Source: a virus (taxonomy: Duplodnaviria > Heunggongvirae > Uroviricota > Caudoviricetes). From it: 50,608 nucleotides of DNA. This document shows, piece after piece, positions 1 to 9,729 of the stretch. Position numbers and translations under genes: made by a program. Each line of letters opens with the position of its first letter. The first letter of the stretch is position 1. The stretch lies in the IMG/VR virus record IMGVR_UViG_2667527522_000001. One strand, given 5' to 3'. Under the pieces are notes generated by a model, which was not told the DNA's origin, did no database searches, and saw nothing but the letters and a program-made list of their open reading frames with translations.

Positions 1-861
1 ATGGTTGACAATGTTTTTAAGAAGAAATTGGCATCAATTAAGAACGAACATGTGTCGGTGTTAGATAGTTACAAAGTAAGATCATTTAAAGAGACTCATA
101 GCGACACGGCCTGTATTGTGCGTATTATTGAAATATATTCACTGAATAAGCTGCGAGCTAAAGGTGAAAAGCTGTATTCACTTACGGGGTTAACAGTACC
201 TGATACGGAAACTGTGGCGAATGAGATCAACCTGCTCCTGAGCCGTTATGCCCAGTTGTGTCGTCAGGAAGAGGAAGAGTTATCTTTCCGGCAGCGTGAA
301 GTGACAAATGCGGAAGTTGCATGGAAAAGCACATTCTCAAAAAACGGCGTCAGTAGCATTGCTGAAGCCAAAACGAATAAAATGGGGCATGCTGAACGAG
401 CGGATGCTGAACGGTATTACCATCTGGCTGTTTCCCGGTTGAATGAACAACATAGTCGATTGAGCACGATCAAGCTTTTGCCGGGAGTACTGGCCGATGA
501 AGGAAACTACATTGGGAAGGGAATCGATAAGCGTTTACTGAATATATTTCCTCAATCCGGCCAGATCCCTGCTGATTTTATTTCTGTATTTAATGACAGT
601 GACGTTGTCCGTGATATTAAATTTATTACTGATGCACTCAAGTCTTTATCTGATTCCGTGAGTGAAATTATTAGTCGTTGTAGCGTTCCAACTGATCGTT
701 ATGTATTAAATAACGGTGGAATGGCAAGAGCTATGGCTTACAGGGAGTACTATCGAGCAGATAATTATGTATTACGTTCAGTCGTAAGTGACCGGGATTA
801 TGTTGAGCATGTAATGAAATACAATCTGGTTACTGAGTACAAAAATAAAATCTTTTCTTAA
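1..861 (+). CDS. Hypothetical protein in scaffold position upstream of the capsid gene; may be 5'-truncated by the window edge
   Basis: 286-codon frame open from base 1; ends 22 bp before the GpN-like gene; no family recognisable by eye. Confidence 0.4.
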   Translation: MVDNVFKKKLASIKNEHVSVLDSYKVRSFKETHSDTACIVRIIEIYSLNKLRAKGEKLYSLTGLTVPDTETVANEINLLLSRYAQLCRQEEEELSFRQREVTNAEVAWKSTFSKNGVSSIAEAKTNKMGHAERADAERYYHLAVSRLNEQHSRLSTIKLLPGVLADEGNYIGKGIDKRLLNIFPQSGQIPADFISVFNDSDVVRDIKFITDALKSLSDSVSEIISRCSVPTDRYVLNNGGMARAMAYREYYRADNYVLRSVVSDRDYVEHVMKYNLVTEYKNKIFS

Positions 862-883
862 ATACTTAAAAAGGTGAAAAACT

Positions 884-1888
884 ATGTATGCCTTCAAAAC
901 TGAAAGGCCGGACGCAGCACGTCGTTATCATAATAAATTCGTCACTGGCACTAACTATCAGGAAGAATCAAACAGACGCTTTGCATTAAGCGAACCTACT
1001 GAAAATATACTGCGTACCTCAATTCTGGAATCCGGGTGGCTTATTAAAAATATTACCCTACGTGATGTTAACGCCGTGTCAGGTAATGCCGTCAATATTG
1101 GTGCCAGTGAACTGTATACCGGACGTGTGGATGGTGGCCGTTTCCACAAAAAAATGGCAATCAATGGTACGGAGTTCTTTCTGACAGAGACGGATACCTG
1201 CGCCCGGATCAGCTATTCCGATATGTCTCATATTTACCATACCGGCGTGCCGGATGAGTTTGAGAAAACGGTTGAGAGCTTTTTTGCCCAGGCATATGCG
1301 CTGGACATGCTGCGGGTCGGTTTCAACGGTGTGTCGATTGCAAATACTACAAACCCGGAAATCAATAAAAAAGGCGAGGATGTCAATATTGGCTGGCATG
1401 CACTGGCGAAAGCCTACGGGAACGGAAAGCAAATCATCTCTGAGCCTGTCACTCTGGGAGAGACTGGCACCTGGAAAAATATTGATGCTCTGGCCAACCA
1501 TCTGATTACAGAGCTTATTGCTGAGCAGTTTCGTGAAGATCCTCGTCTGGTTGTACTGGTTGGGGCAGAGCTGGCAGCACATCAACGCCTGAAGTTATTT
1601 AATGCCGCAGACCGCCCGTCTGATGTGAATGCGGCACAGATGGCTACAAGTTCTGTTGCTGGCCGCTTTGCGTTTATTCCCCCGTTTATGCCGGGTAAGC
1701 GTCTGGCAGTAACGACGCTGGATAATCTGCATATTTACACTCAGGCGATAACACGCTGGTTTCGTGCTGAGTTTGATGATGAAAGCAGTGAATACGTGCA
1801 TTCCTACCTGCGCAATGAAGGTTATGCACTCGGTGAACCTGAACTGTACGCGGCTGTTGATGAGTGCACCCTGACGTTTGCGGATTGA
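884..1888 (+). CDS. P2-family (GpN-like) major capsid protein
   Basis: 334 aa; motifs GFNGV, NIGW, EDPRLVVLVG, LDNLHIY line up with P2 gpN as I recall it; SD-like aaaggtg upstream. Confidence 0.6.
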   Translation: MYAFKTERPDAARRYHNKFVTGTNYQEESNRRFALSEPTENILRTSILESGWLIKNITLRDVNAVSGNAVNIGASELYTGRVDGGRFHKKMAINGTEFFLTETDTCARISYSDMSHIYHTGVPDEFEKTVESFFAQAYALDMLRVGFNGVSIANTTNPEINKKGEDVNIGWHALAKAYGNGKQIISEPVTLGETGTWKNIDALANHLITELIAEQFREDPRLVVLVGAELAAHQRLKLFNAADRPSDVNAAQMATSSVAGRFAFIPPFMPGKRLAVTTLDNLHIYTQAITRWFRAEFDDESSEYVHSYLRNEGYALGEPELYAAVDECTLTFAD

Positions 1889-1901
1889 CTTAGCGACAGA
1901 A

Positions 1902-1930
1902 AGACCCGCTCAGAGGCGGGTCTCGTTTAC
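1902..1930 (+). terminator. Rho-independent terminator-like hairpin after the capsid gene
   Basis: GACCCGC-loop-GCGGGTC stem directly after the stop codon; weak T tract. Confidence 0.4.
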
Positions 1931-2085
1931 AGCATCAGGAAAAATGAAGAACTATTTTTAAGCAGAGGCTTAAGCATGCCAGCGTTAATTAATCCAGGCA
2001 ATGATCAGTTTTCGGTTATAAATTTCTTGCCTCACCAGGAATGCGCGGGATATAGTTTAAAGGTTGCCGCAAAATCGGCAGCCGG

Positions 2086-2141
2086 GCGTAGGAACCCGTG
2101 TTATCTGAAGGCGATACTACACGCGCTAGGCGTGTTTTTTT
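2086..2141 (+). promoter_or_regulatory. seqA-like target box followed by hairpin and T7 run (candidate immunity terminator)
   Basis: GTAGGAAC...TCTGAAGG box at 2088-2111; CACGC-loop-GCGTG stem plus TTTTTTT at 2120-2141. Confidence 0.45.
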
Positions 2142-2261
2142 GTGTCGCAGCTTTGACTCACCTAAAATTTATGGTGTGGTGGCTGATTGTATTTTTTTAT
2201 TTTTTACGCCACATCATCAGAATTATGGTAGTCCAGGCGGGGCAGCTTTCGGGCTGGCCGG

Positions 2262-2289
2262 TATCCTTCAGAGCCGGTATTCCTACCCC
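2262..2289 (+). ncRNA. seqB-like element, candidate CI-RNA-type antisense core
   Basis: TATCCTTCAGAGCCGGTATTCCTAC is the same-strand reverse complement of both halves of the flanking boxes. Confidence 0.4.
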
Positions 2290-2310
2290 CGTCTGGGCTA
2301 CCACCCATGA

Positions 2311-2352
2311 GCGTAGGAACTCCGGTGGTAGCGTTACCCGCTATCTGAAGGA
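2311..2352 (+). promoter_or_regulatory. seqC-like target box overlapping the Shine-Dalgarno of the first alpha-operon ORF
   Basis: GTAGGAAC...TCTGAAGGAGG; AGGAGG sits 10 nt before the ATG at 2363. Confidence 0.45.
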
Positions 2353-2362
2353 GGTTGCCATT

Positions 2363-2566
2363 ATGGCTACAGTCCCTGCTTTATCTCACCCTGAATTTAC
2401 CTTTGTCTTTCTGGCTGTCCGCCGTACAGACCGTGATGCCCGTCCACGCCCTGTGCGTGTAATCGCAGAATGCGAGCATGCTGCACGCCTTAAACTTGCC
2501 ACTGAATTTATCCTGAGCTTTGCTGCCCGTATCCCTGTGAAAAGAGCCGGGGAGGTGGTTGCATGA
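2363..2566 (+). CDS. Small hypothetical protein, first ORF after the immunity region
   Basis: 67-codon ORF with strong SD; the longer 1976-2566 frame upstream is probably not coding. Confidence 0.4.
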   Translation: MATVPALSHPEFTFVFLAVRRTDRDARPRPVRVIAECEHAARLKLATEFILSFAARIPVKRAGEVVA

Positions 2567-2799
2567 AATCCATGAATTTTAAGCAAGGCTGCATATTGAG
2601 TGAACAGGGGGAGAGTCGTCTGTTACGGGCGGCACTGGCCAGTGAGTTTCTTGCAGAGGTCTTGTCCGTGCCCACAGTGAATGGAGCGAGAACTGTTTCA
2701 GCGGAAGGCGCTGCGGCTTTAGTGGCCTGTATTGCCGAACAACTGGATGGCGTTGTTAAGGAAACCAGCACAATTAAGGGAGTGATGCGCGATGAATAA
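2563..2799 (+). CDS. Small hypothetical protein
   Basis: 78 aa; ATGA overlap with upstream ORF, translationally coupled. Confidence 0.45.
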   Translation: MKSMNFKQGCILSEQGESRLLRAALASEFLAEVLSVPTVNGARTVSAEGAAALVACIAEQLDGVVKETSTIKGVMRDE

Positions 2800-3202
2800 T
2801 AATCAAAATTTAAAGGCGCATGCTTTACGAACAGCAGTCTTACGCTACTACATTGCTGATGCATTCATTTCCTTAATGGTGCGTGTTCATAATGAACCTG
2901 TTTATATTGAAGATGGCGAACGAATAGAACTCTCCCACGAAAAAGTGGTGAGTAATATTATTTACCATATTGAAATGCCGTGGGTGAATGAGTTTGGGGC
3001 TGATGCTGGTTGCATACTGGCCGCAGAGAAACTGGAAAAAATGCTTAAACCAGGCTTTATGTCAGAAAATATTCGCCTGTCAGTTTTTGGTGTCACAGAG
3101 ATGCGTGAGGTTTACCGGGATATTATTTTCGGAGCACCTGATGGCGAACTACCCGAAGGTTTTGAATTTGTGAAGCCGGAAGGTCAGGAGGTGCTGCTGT
3201 GA
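2792..3202 (+). CDS. Hypothetical protein
   Basis: 136 aa; stop overlaps the primase GTG start. Confidence 0.5.
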   Translation: MNNNQNLKAHALRTAVLRYYIADAFISLMVRVHNEPVYIEDGERIELSHEKVVSNIIYHIEMPWVNEFGADAGCILAAEKLEKMLKPGFMSENIRLSVFGVTEMREVYRDIIFGAPDGELPEGFEFVKPEGQEVLL

Positions 3203-5886
3203 AAACACCGTCTGTATCCACGATTTCCGGAGCTGCAATTGGGCGCTGGCCTTATATCCTGTCAGCATTAGGTATTAAAGTACCGTCCGCAGGACATCAT
3301 GGGGCTTGCCCTGCCTGTGGTGGAAAAGATCGTTTTCGACTGGACGATAAAGCGGGGCGAGGGACGTGGTTTTGTAATCAGTGCGGTCATGGCGATGGTC
3401 TTGATCTGGTTCGTCTGGTGACAGGAAGAAAGATAAAAGAAGTCGCCGGGATGGTATCTGAGGCGCTTGCATTACCAGAAATACAGGAGAAGCCCGCATT
3501 GCCAGCCAGGAAAAAGGCCGCAGGAAAAGAAGCGGGCGCGGAGCGATATACCAGACTCAGACAGCAGTCCTGCAATGGTGAGCCGGTCTATCTGACAAAT
3601 AAGAGCTTACACGGGTATTCACTTCCCTTGCTGTCACAGCCTTTGAATCTGGCCGGAATAACATTTTCCACCGGTTCATTACTGCTGCCTTTGACGGATA
3701 TTTCCGGGAATATTACTGGTGGCCAGCTTATCAATCCTGACGGGGATAAAAGTCTGCTGCCCGGTAGCCAGCTGTCTGGCGCATTCATTGCCCTGACCGA
3801 TATACCCGCTGAAACACCTGAACAGGTGATTATCACTGAGGGTTTTGCCACGGCGCTTACCGTCAGTCTGCTGACTGAAGGATGGATCGTGGCGGCTGTC
3901 GCTGCCACCAATTTACTGAAGGTGACGGAGCAGATCCGAAAACGCTGGCCGGAAACCCGGATCATTCTGGCCGGAGATAATGATCTGGCTGACGGCAAAG
4001 AAAACACCGGGCGTATTCAGGCAGAGAAAGCCGCCAAAGCGGTGGATGGCTGGGTAACGCTCCCTCCGGTACGCCATAAGGCTGACTGGGATGATTATCG
4101 GCAGGAAGTGGGGAAAGAACGGGCGAGAGATGCCTTTCGTGAAGAAATGACGCTGCATGGCAAAGGGCAGACCCGTTTACCAGAAGGGTTCCGGCTGACA
4201 AAAGAATATTTGTGGTACGACAAGCTGGTTAATAAGTCTGATGGTGATACAGAGATACGTAATATCAAAATTTGCAGTCCGTTGCGGGTGACGGCAATCA
4301 CCAGTGATGCTGATGGAAGTAATTACGGGCGTTTGCTGGAATGGGAAGATACCAACGGAAACAGCCGTAAATGGGCAATGCCGATGGAGATGCTGGGCGG
4401 TAGCGGGGAAGAACTGCGCCGCGTTCTGCTGGTTAACGGGCTTTCTTACATCAACATTAACGGCATGGCCAGAGCATTCCTGATGGAATATATCTCGCTG
4501 TGTAAACCGGACAGAAAAGTAACCTGTGTGAATAAAACTGGCTGGCACGGCGGGGTTTACGTTCTCCAGGATGAAGTGATAGGGCGCGAAGCCCAGTCAG
4601 TCATCTTACAAACATCGAGTGTGCAGGGGCGTGATTTTCGTGTCAGCGGCACATCAGAGGGCTGGCGTGAAAATATAGGCCGTTATTGCATAAAGAATGC
4701 CCGTCTTGCCTTTGCGGTGAGTCTGGCATTTGCTGCCCCCCTTCTGAAACTGGTTGGTATCGGCGGTGGAGGTTATCACCTCAAAGGGGAATCCACAGAC
4801 GGTAAAACCACGACGATGAAAGTGGCTGCATCAGTATGTGGTGGAACAGATTTCTGGCATACGTGGCGGGCGACGGGGAATGCCTTAGAAGGAACGGCGA
4901 GCCGCCGCAATGATGCCACGCTGATGCTGGATGAAATCCGGGAGGTTGACGGCAGGGAGGCGGGAAATATCGCTTATATGCTGGCTAACGGGCAGGGCAA
5001 AGCCAGAGCCAGAACAGATGGTTCGGTAAGGGAAACCAACCGCTGGAATCTGTTGTTTCTGTCTACCGGGGAACTGTCACTGGTAGAGCATGCGGCAAGC
5101 GCCGGGGAACGTACGTATGCCGGGGTTGAGGTCAGAATGATCCAGATCCCAAGCGATTCGGGCAAGTATGGCGTGTTTGAAGAACTTCATGGCTTCAGTA
5201 GCGGGAAAACCCTGGCTGAGCATCTTGAGCAGCACGTAGCGCATTATCATGGTGCACCATTCCGCGACTGGCTGTATTGCCTGACCGCTGATCTGCCGGA
5301 ACTGACCAGTCAGGCGAAAGCCTTATTGAAAGAGTATACCCGAAGGCTGACGCCGGAAAATGCCGGGAATCAGGTTGGCCGGGCTGTTACCCGTTTTGCT
5401 CTGGTTGCGATGGCCGGGGAGCTGGCCACAAAAGCGGGCATCACAGGATGGCCGGAGGGAGAGGCCTTTCGTGCCGCTCAAAGCTGTCTGGCTGCATGGA
5501 TGGCTGACCGGGGCCATACAGCTAATCAGGAAGATAAAGCGGCACTTGAACAGGTTCGGGACTTCATGACGCGTAATCAGTTCAGTCGGTTTGCTGACTG
5601 GAATGACGACAGGAACCGGCCTGTTTCAATGATGGGATTCAGAAAAGTCGATAAAGGAGACAACGTGACAGAGCCGGTTGTGACGTTCTACGTTCTCCCG
5701 TCAGGCTGGAAGGAGATCTGTAAGGGATTTGACTCGCGTAAGGTGGCCAGGTTGTGTGTGGACGCGGGCTGGCTGAAACCCGGTGAAGATGGCCGGACGC
5801 AAAACAGCATTCGCCTGCCAGAAATAGGGCTTAAACGTGTGTACCAGTTCAATACACAGGTACTGGGAAGCGCTGAACCTGAGTGA
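3199..5886 (+). CDS. P4 alpha-type primase/helicase
   Basis: 895 aa; N-terminal CPACGG...CNQCGHGDG zinc-binding motif; long central and C-terminal region; GTG start with AGGAGG SD. Confidence 0.88.
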   Translation: MKTPSVSTISGAAIGRWPYILSALGIKVPSAGHHGACPACGGKDRFRLDDKAGRGTWFCNQCGHGDGLDLVRLVTGRKIKEVAGMVSEALALPEIQEKPALPARKKAAGKEAGAERYTRLRQQSCNGEPVYLTNKSLHGYSLPLLSQPLNLAGITFSTGSLLLPLTDISGNITGGQLINPDGDKSLLPGSQLSGAFIALTDIPAETPEQVIITEGFATALTVSLLTEGWIVAAVAATNLLKVTEQIRKRWPETRIILAGDNDLADGKENTGRIQAEKAAKAVDGWVTLPPVRHKADWDDYRQEVGKERARDAFREEMTLHGKGQTRLPEGFRLTKEYLWYDKLVNKSDGDTEIRNIKICSPLRVTAITSDADGSNYGRLLEWEDTNGNSRKWAMPMEMLGGSGEELRRVLLVNGLSYININGMARAFLMEYISLCKPDRKVTCVNKTGWHGGVYVLQDEVIGREAQSVILQTSSVQGRDFRVSGTSEGWRENIGRYCIKNARLAFAVSLAFAAPLLKLVGIGGGGYHLKGESTDGKTTTMKVAASVCGGTDFWHTWRATGNALEGTASRRNDATLMLDEIREVDGREAGNIAYMLANGQGKARARTDGSVRETNRWNLLFLSTGELSLVEHAASAGERTYAGVEVRMIQIPSDSGKYGVFEELHGFSSGKTLAEHLEQHVAHYHGAPFRDWLYCLTADLPELTSQAKALLKEYTRRLTPENAGNQVGRAVTRFALVAMAGELATKAGITGWPEGEAFRAAQSCLAAWMADRGHTANQEDKAALEQVRDFMTRNQFSRFADWNDDRNRPVSMMGFRKVDKGDNVTEPVVTFYVLPSGWKEICKGFDSRKVARLCVDAGWLKPGEDGRTQNSIRLPEIGLKRVYQFNTQVLGSAEPE

Positions 5887-5912
5887 TTATCGCGTGAGTC
5901 TTATTTTTATGA

Positions 5913-6103
5913 GGTAACACTGGTAACAGAGGTAACACCCGTTACTGATGCGGTTCTTCAGTGTTACCAGTCAAAAATACTGACTGGTAACAGAGGTAAC
6001 AAAAAATGGTGTGTTACCACGCGTTACCTCTTGATTTTGCTAACTGGTAACAGATTAAATCCTTTTAAATCAATAGCGTTACACGTGTTACCAGTGTTAC
6101 ACG
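5913..6103. repeat. Iteron cluster, candidate replication origin or cis replication region
   Basis: At least 6 direct GGTAACA and 4 inverted TGTTACC copies in about 190 bp directly after the primase gene. Confidence 0.55.
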
Positions 6104-6168
6104 TTCAGAACAAGAGGTAGGGATCCAAATCCCTTCTTCTGGCGGGCAACAGTATAGGGCACAGAACG

Positions 6169-6441
6169 ATGAAGATGATGAGAATGTACTGCCCCACATG
6201 TCAGGCAGTAGCACGGATAGGTAAAACAAACAGGAAACACCCACAACTGTACGATGTGTACTGCTATTGCTCTAATGTGGAGTGCGGTCACTCGTTTGTG
6301 ATGAATGTTGCTTTCTCCCATTCCGTTAGTCCAAGCGCGCTGAACGGGCAGGGAAGGGTTAAAGAGCTGATTGATGCAATTCCACCCGAGGAACGGGAAA
6401 AGGCTTTAAAGTTGCTGCTGGCTGCGCAAAAGAATGGGTAA
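6169..6441 (+). CDS. Ogr/Delta-family zinc-finger late activator
   Basis: YCPTCQ...(22 aa)...CSNVEC cysteine spacing as in P2 Ogr. Confidence 0.65.
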   Translation: MKMMRMYCPTCQAVARIGKTNRKHPQLYDVYCYCSNVECGHSFVMNVAFSHSVSPSALNGQGRVKELIDAIPPEEREKALKLLLAAQKNG

Positions 6442-7120
6442 AGTATGCGTCGGGAATGGCCGATCTGTTCCCGGAACCTGAACACAGGATTTCAGTTTAT
6501 ACGGTCATAAAATTATTATTTTTCAACTGGTTATCTTCTTCATGTTTCACAAACCTTCATAAAATCACACACCTAAAATTAATTATCCATTTAATATCAT
6601 AGAGTTGCGTATTCAGGCCATAGATTCGACGGACAGTAAAACTGAAAAAAAATGAATTTCTTTTCATTCTTTTCAGTTCCTGTATCGCAGTACATCTCGA
6701 GGACTGGCACGGACTGGCGGTATCGTTTGTAAAAAATCCAGGCTGAAAATTTTTAGTGATATGAAAACCGCAGGCGGGTGCGGTGTAGTGCCGTTTTGGT
6801 CTGTCGAGCGTATATTTTCCTTTTTCACGATTGCTGCATATCAAAACGAATGTGCAGATATCAGGCCGTGTCAAACCGTGAATCGTGGAGCCTAAATGCC
6901 CAAACTACGTTTGTAGACCTAGCTAGGGGAAGGTTTCCACATATACTGCTACCTATCTTCCAGTCGCTGGTGAGGATCAAGGTAAGCTAACTGGTGAACA
7001 AGAAAAGTACTTTCGTATCTTGCGTACTCGTTTTTTTTGATTAGTATGTACAGGTAGTAACTGGATGGTGAGAATTCGTCATAACTTATCAAATTGCATG
7101 ATGTTTATAGAGTATGAGTA

Positions 7121-8002
7121 ATGAGTCATAATAAAAAGGAATATGCTAAATTTTTCCGTCGCCCCATTTTTTCATCCTTAGCAAAAGGTAAGGATATTTC
7201 GGATTTATTTGGGAGTTTTGATTCTTACTGCTATGAAACACTGTTTTCAAACAATGATAATAATGAACATGAGATTTCACTAAGGGATTTATTTACATCA
7301 TTATATGATTTTTTGCGTCTGAATTATAGAAATGAATATGTTTATAAGACAGCACTTGTCAATAAAATAATATTCGGTAAGCACAGCCCAAAAACAAGTT
7401 CGTCGTCCATAGAGTTACCAATTAAAAACTCTATAGTGGATGTTGCGGTGTTTAATGGTACGTCTACAGCTTACGAGATTAAGACAGAGTATGATTCACC
7501 AAAAAGGTTGATTACTCAAGCCCCTGATTATTTGGATGTTTTTGATAAAGTGTATATAGTTACACATCCAGAGTATGCAAGTAAATATTGTGCTTTAAAT
7601 CTCCCCAGAGTGGGAGTTATGGTTTTGAATAAAAAAGATCAATTGAGTGTCATTAAGGAGGCAGATTCAAATATTGATTATATTAAAAGTGACAGCTTGT
7701 TTTCAGTTCTTAGAAAGGAAGAGTTCTTAGCTATAATAGAAGATTACACTTCAACTAAAATAAATATGCCTAACGGATTGGTTTATGAATATTGTAAAGA
7801 GATATTCATGCAGATGCCATTAAACATAGCAAATAAATACTTTATCTCTGCTATGAAAAAAAGATGTAACGATAAAGTTTTTTTGGATTATATTTATTCT
7901 CTTCCAGCATGTTTACGTGTTTTAGGTTATGCAACACCATTATCAAGAAAGCAAAAAGAATTCATCATGAATTTGATGGATGTAAAAATTAAAATTTGTT
8001 GA
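7121..8002 (+). CDS. Hypothetical protein, gene A of an AT-rich accessory cassette; possible PD-(D/E)xK-like nuclease motif
   Basis: 293 aa; markedly AT-rich versus flanks; IVDVAVF...AYEIK resembles a D...ExK signature. Confidence 0.65.
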   Translation: MSHNKKEYAKFFRRPIFSSLAKGKDISDLFGSFDSYCYETLFSNNDNNEHEISLRDLFTSLYDFLRLNYRNEYVYKTALVNKIIFGKHSPKTSSSSIELPIKNSIVDVAVFNGTSTAYEIKTEYDSPKRLITQAPDYLDVFDKVYIVTHPEYASKYCALNLPRVGVMVLNKKDQLSVIKEADSNIDYIKSDSLFSVLRKEEFLAIIEDYTSTKINMPNGLVYEYCKEIFMQMPLNIANKYFISAMKKRCNDKVFLDYIYSLPACLRVLGYATPLSRKQKEFIMNLMDVKIKIC

Positions 8003-8466
8003 TATCCTCAGGAGTTGTAAGTTATGTATAGCCCATATTTGTATGCGAGAAGTACAGAGTTATTATGCCTTAGGGACCTCGTTGCGAAGGGAGTTAGCCT
8101 AAATGGTCTGCTACCAATTTTAGAACCAATTAACGTCAATACGAGAAATTTATTAACATGTTTAAATGTTTGGAATTCTGACATAATTGTTATCCTTAAT
8201 CCTTATCAGGAAGATTTTTCTTCACACAATAACGTCTTAACTTTAAATCAAAATTTATCAAGTGTATTAACAAATAAAAATAATATCATCTCTGGATATC
8301 TTATTCAGCCCAATACAACGATTAATGATATTAATAATTGGTTGAATGCTAACTTAAATAGACGAGTTGCACTTCTATATGATAATCCATCATTATCCAA
8401 CTCTGATATTCGGTAATGGTGCCAACTTACTGATTTAGTGTATGATGGTGTTTTTGAGGTGCTCCC

Positions 8467-8742
8467 GTGGCTTCCATCTCCATCAGTTGTCCCTCCTGCT
8501 CAGCTACTGAAGGCGTGGTGCGTAACGGTAAAAGTACTGCCGGACATCAGCGCTATCTCTGCTCTCACTGCCGTAAAACATGGCAACTGCAGTTCACTTA
8601 CACCGCTTCTCAACCCGGTACACACCAGAAAATCATTGATATGGCCATGAATGGTGTTGGATGCCGGGCAACCGCCCGCATTATGGGCGTTGGCCTCAAC
8701 ACGATTTTACGTCACTTAAAAAACTCAGGCCGCAGTCGGTAA
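8467..8742 (+). CDS. insA: IS1 InsA
   Basis: [42 protein letters not shown] matches IS1 InsA. Confidence 0.9.
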   Translation: MASISISCPSCSATEGVVRNGKSTAGHQRYLCSHCRKTWQLQFTYTASQPGTHQKIIDMAMNGVGCRATARIMGVGLNTILRHLKNSGRSR

Positions 8743-9164
8743 CCTCGCGCATACAGCCGGGCAGTGATGTGATTGTCTGCGCTGAAATGGACGAACAGTG
8801 GGGCTACGTCGGTGCTAAATCACGTCAGCGCTGGCTGTTTTACGCGTATGACAGGATACGGAGGACGGTTGTGGCGCACGTCTTCGGTGAACGCACTCTG
8901 GCCACACTGGAGCGTCTTCTGAGCCTGCTGTCGGCCTTTGAGGTCGTGGTATGGATGACGGATGGCTGGCCGCTGTATGAATCCCGCCTGAAGGGAAAGC
9001 TGCACGTAATCAGCAAGCGTTACACTCAGCGCATTGAGCGACATAACCTGAATCTGAGACAACATCTGGCAAGGCTGGGACGGAAGTCACTGTCGTTCTC
9101 AAAATCGGTGGAGCTGCATGACAAAGTCATCGGGCATTATCTGAACATAAAACACTATCAGTAA
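8661..9164 (+). CDS. insB: IS1 InsB frame (transposase InsAB' by -1 frameshift)
   Basis: IS1 InsB sequence; slippery AAAAAAC at about 8718. Confidence 0.85.
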   Translation: MPGNRPHYGRWPQHDFTSLKKLRPQSVTSRIQPGSDVIVCAEMDEQWGYVGAKSRQRWLFYAYDRIRRTVVAHVFGERTLATLERLLSLLSAFEVVVWMTDGWPLYESRLKGKLHVISKRYTQRIERHNLNLRQHLARLGRKSLSFSKSVELHDKVIGHYLNIKHYQ

Positions 9165-9729
9165 GTTGGAGTCATTACCTGATATTCAGTTGTTGGCGAC
9201 AAATCAATTGATTAGTTATCATGTTGTTTTAAATAATAAAATGCTTCCTAATCAGTGCGCTCTTCTTCCTTTGTCGAAGTTAATTATTATTAGCGATAAC
9301 TTTAGAAAGTTAGCAAAAAATGCTGATTATAATGGGCCGGAACTTTTCACGCACGCACATCAATTCGTGGGACAAAATTACTTAGGATTTGGCGATTATA
9401 CAATTACTGGCCAGGTACTAGATCTTGGAGGTGGTCAACCTTCTGCTGTTGCCGCACATTTGGTGTTCAAGAATTTACAAGCGAATACAGTTTGGATTCG
9501 TCATTTTGTATCAAGCAACACGCAACGAGGAAGTTCAAATGTTACTGCAAAATTTTTAGATGTTTCAGATCAAATTACAAATCTTGTTCCCCAACATCCA
9601 ACCCAGTTTGGCAGCAACATTGGTCTTAACTATTATTATTACAATAGTCAACCAACTGTAAGGCATTTCCCTGGGTTGCCAAAAAACAAACAGTATCAAA
9701 TTACTCACCATATTTGTTTCATGCTGGAT

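Larger units (their letters stand above)
8412..9179 (+). mobile_element. IS1 insertion sequence
   Basis: 768 bp; terminal inverted repeats GGTAATGGTGCCAACTTACTGAT; flanking duplication TGATATTC at 8404-8411 and 9180-9187. Confidence 0.95.

Noticed and set aside
1976-2566. 196-codon ORF spanning the region upstream of the first alpha-operon gene
   Set aside because: It runs through the repeat boxes and a hairpin plus T-run, and has an odd hydrophobic low-complexity middle. Only the last 67 codons (from 2363, with a strong Shine-Dalgarno) look like a real gene.
3275-4548. Several minus-strand ORFs (62-139 aa) inside the primase gene
   Set aside because: They are fully embedded antisense to a long, well-supported gene and have no start context or recognisable features.
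6097-6990. Short ORFs 6097-6321 (-), 6557-6874 (-) and 6778-6990 (+)
   Set aside because: They overlap the Ogr/Delta-like gene or lie in the AT-rich non-coding leader, with no ribosome-binding sites and implausible composition.
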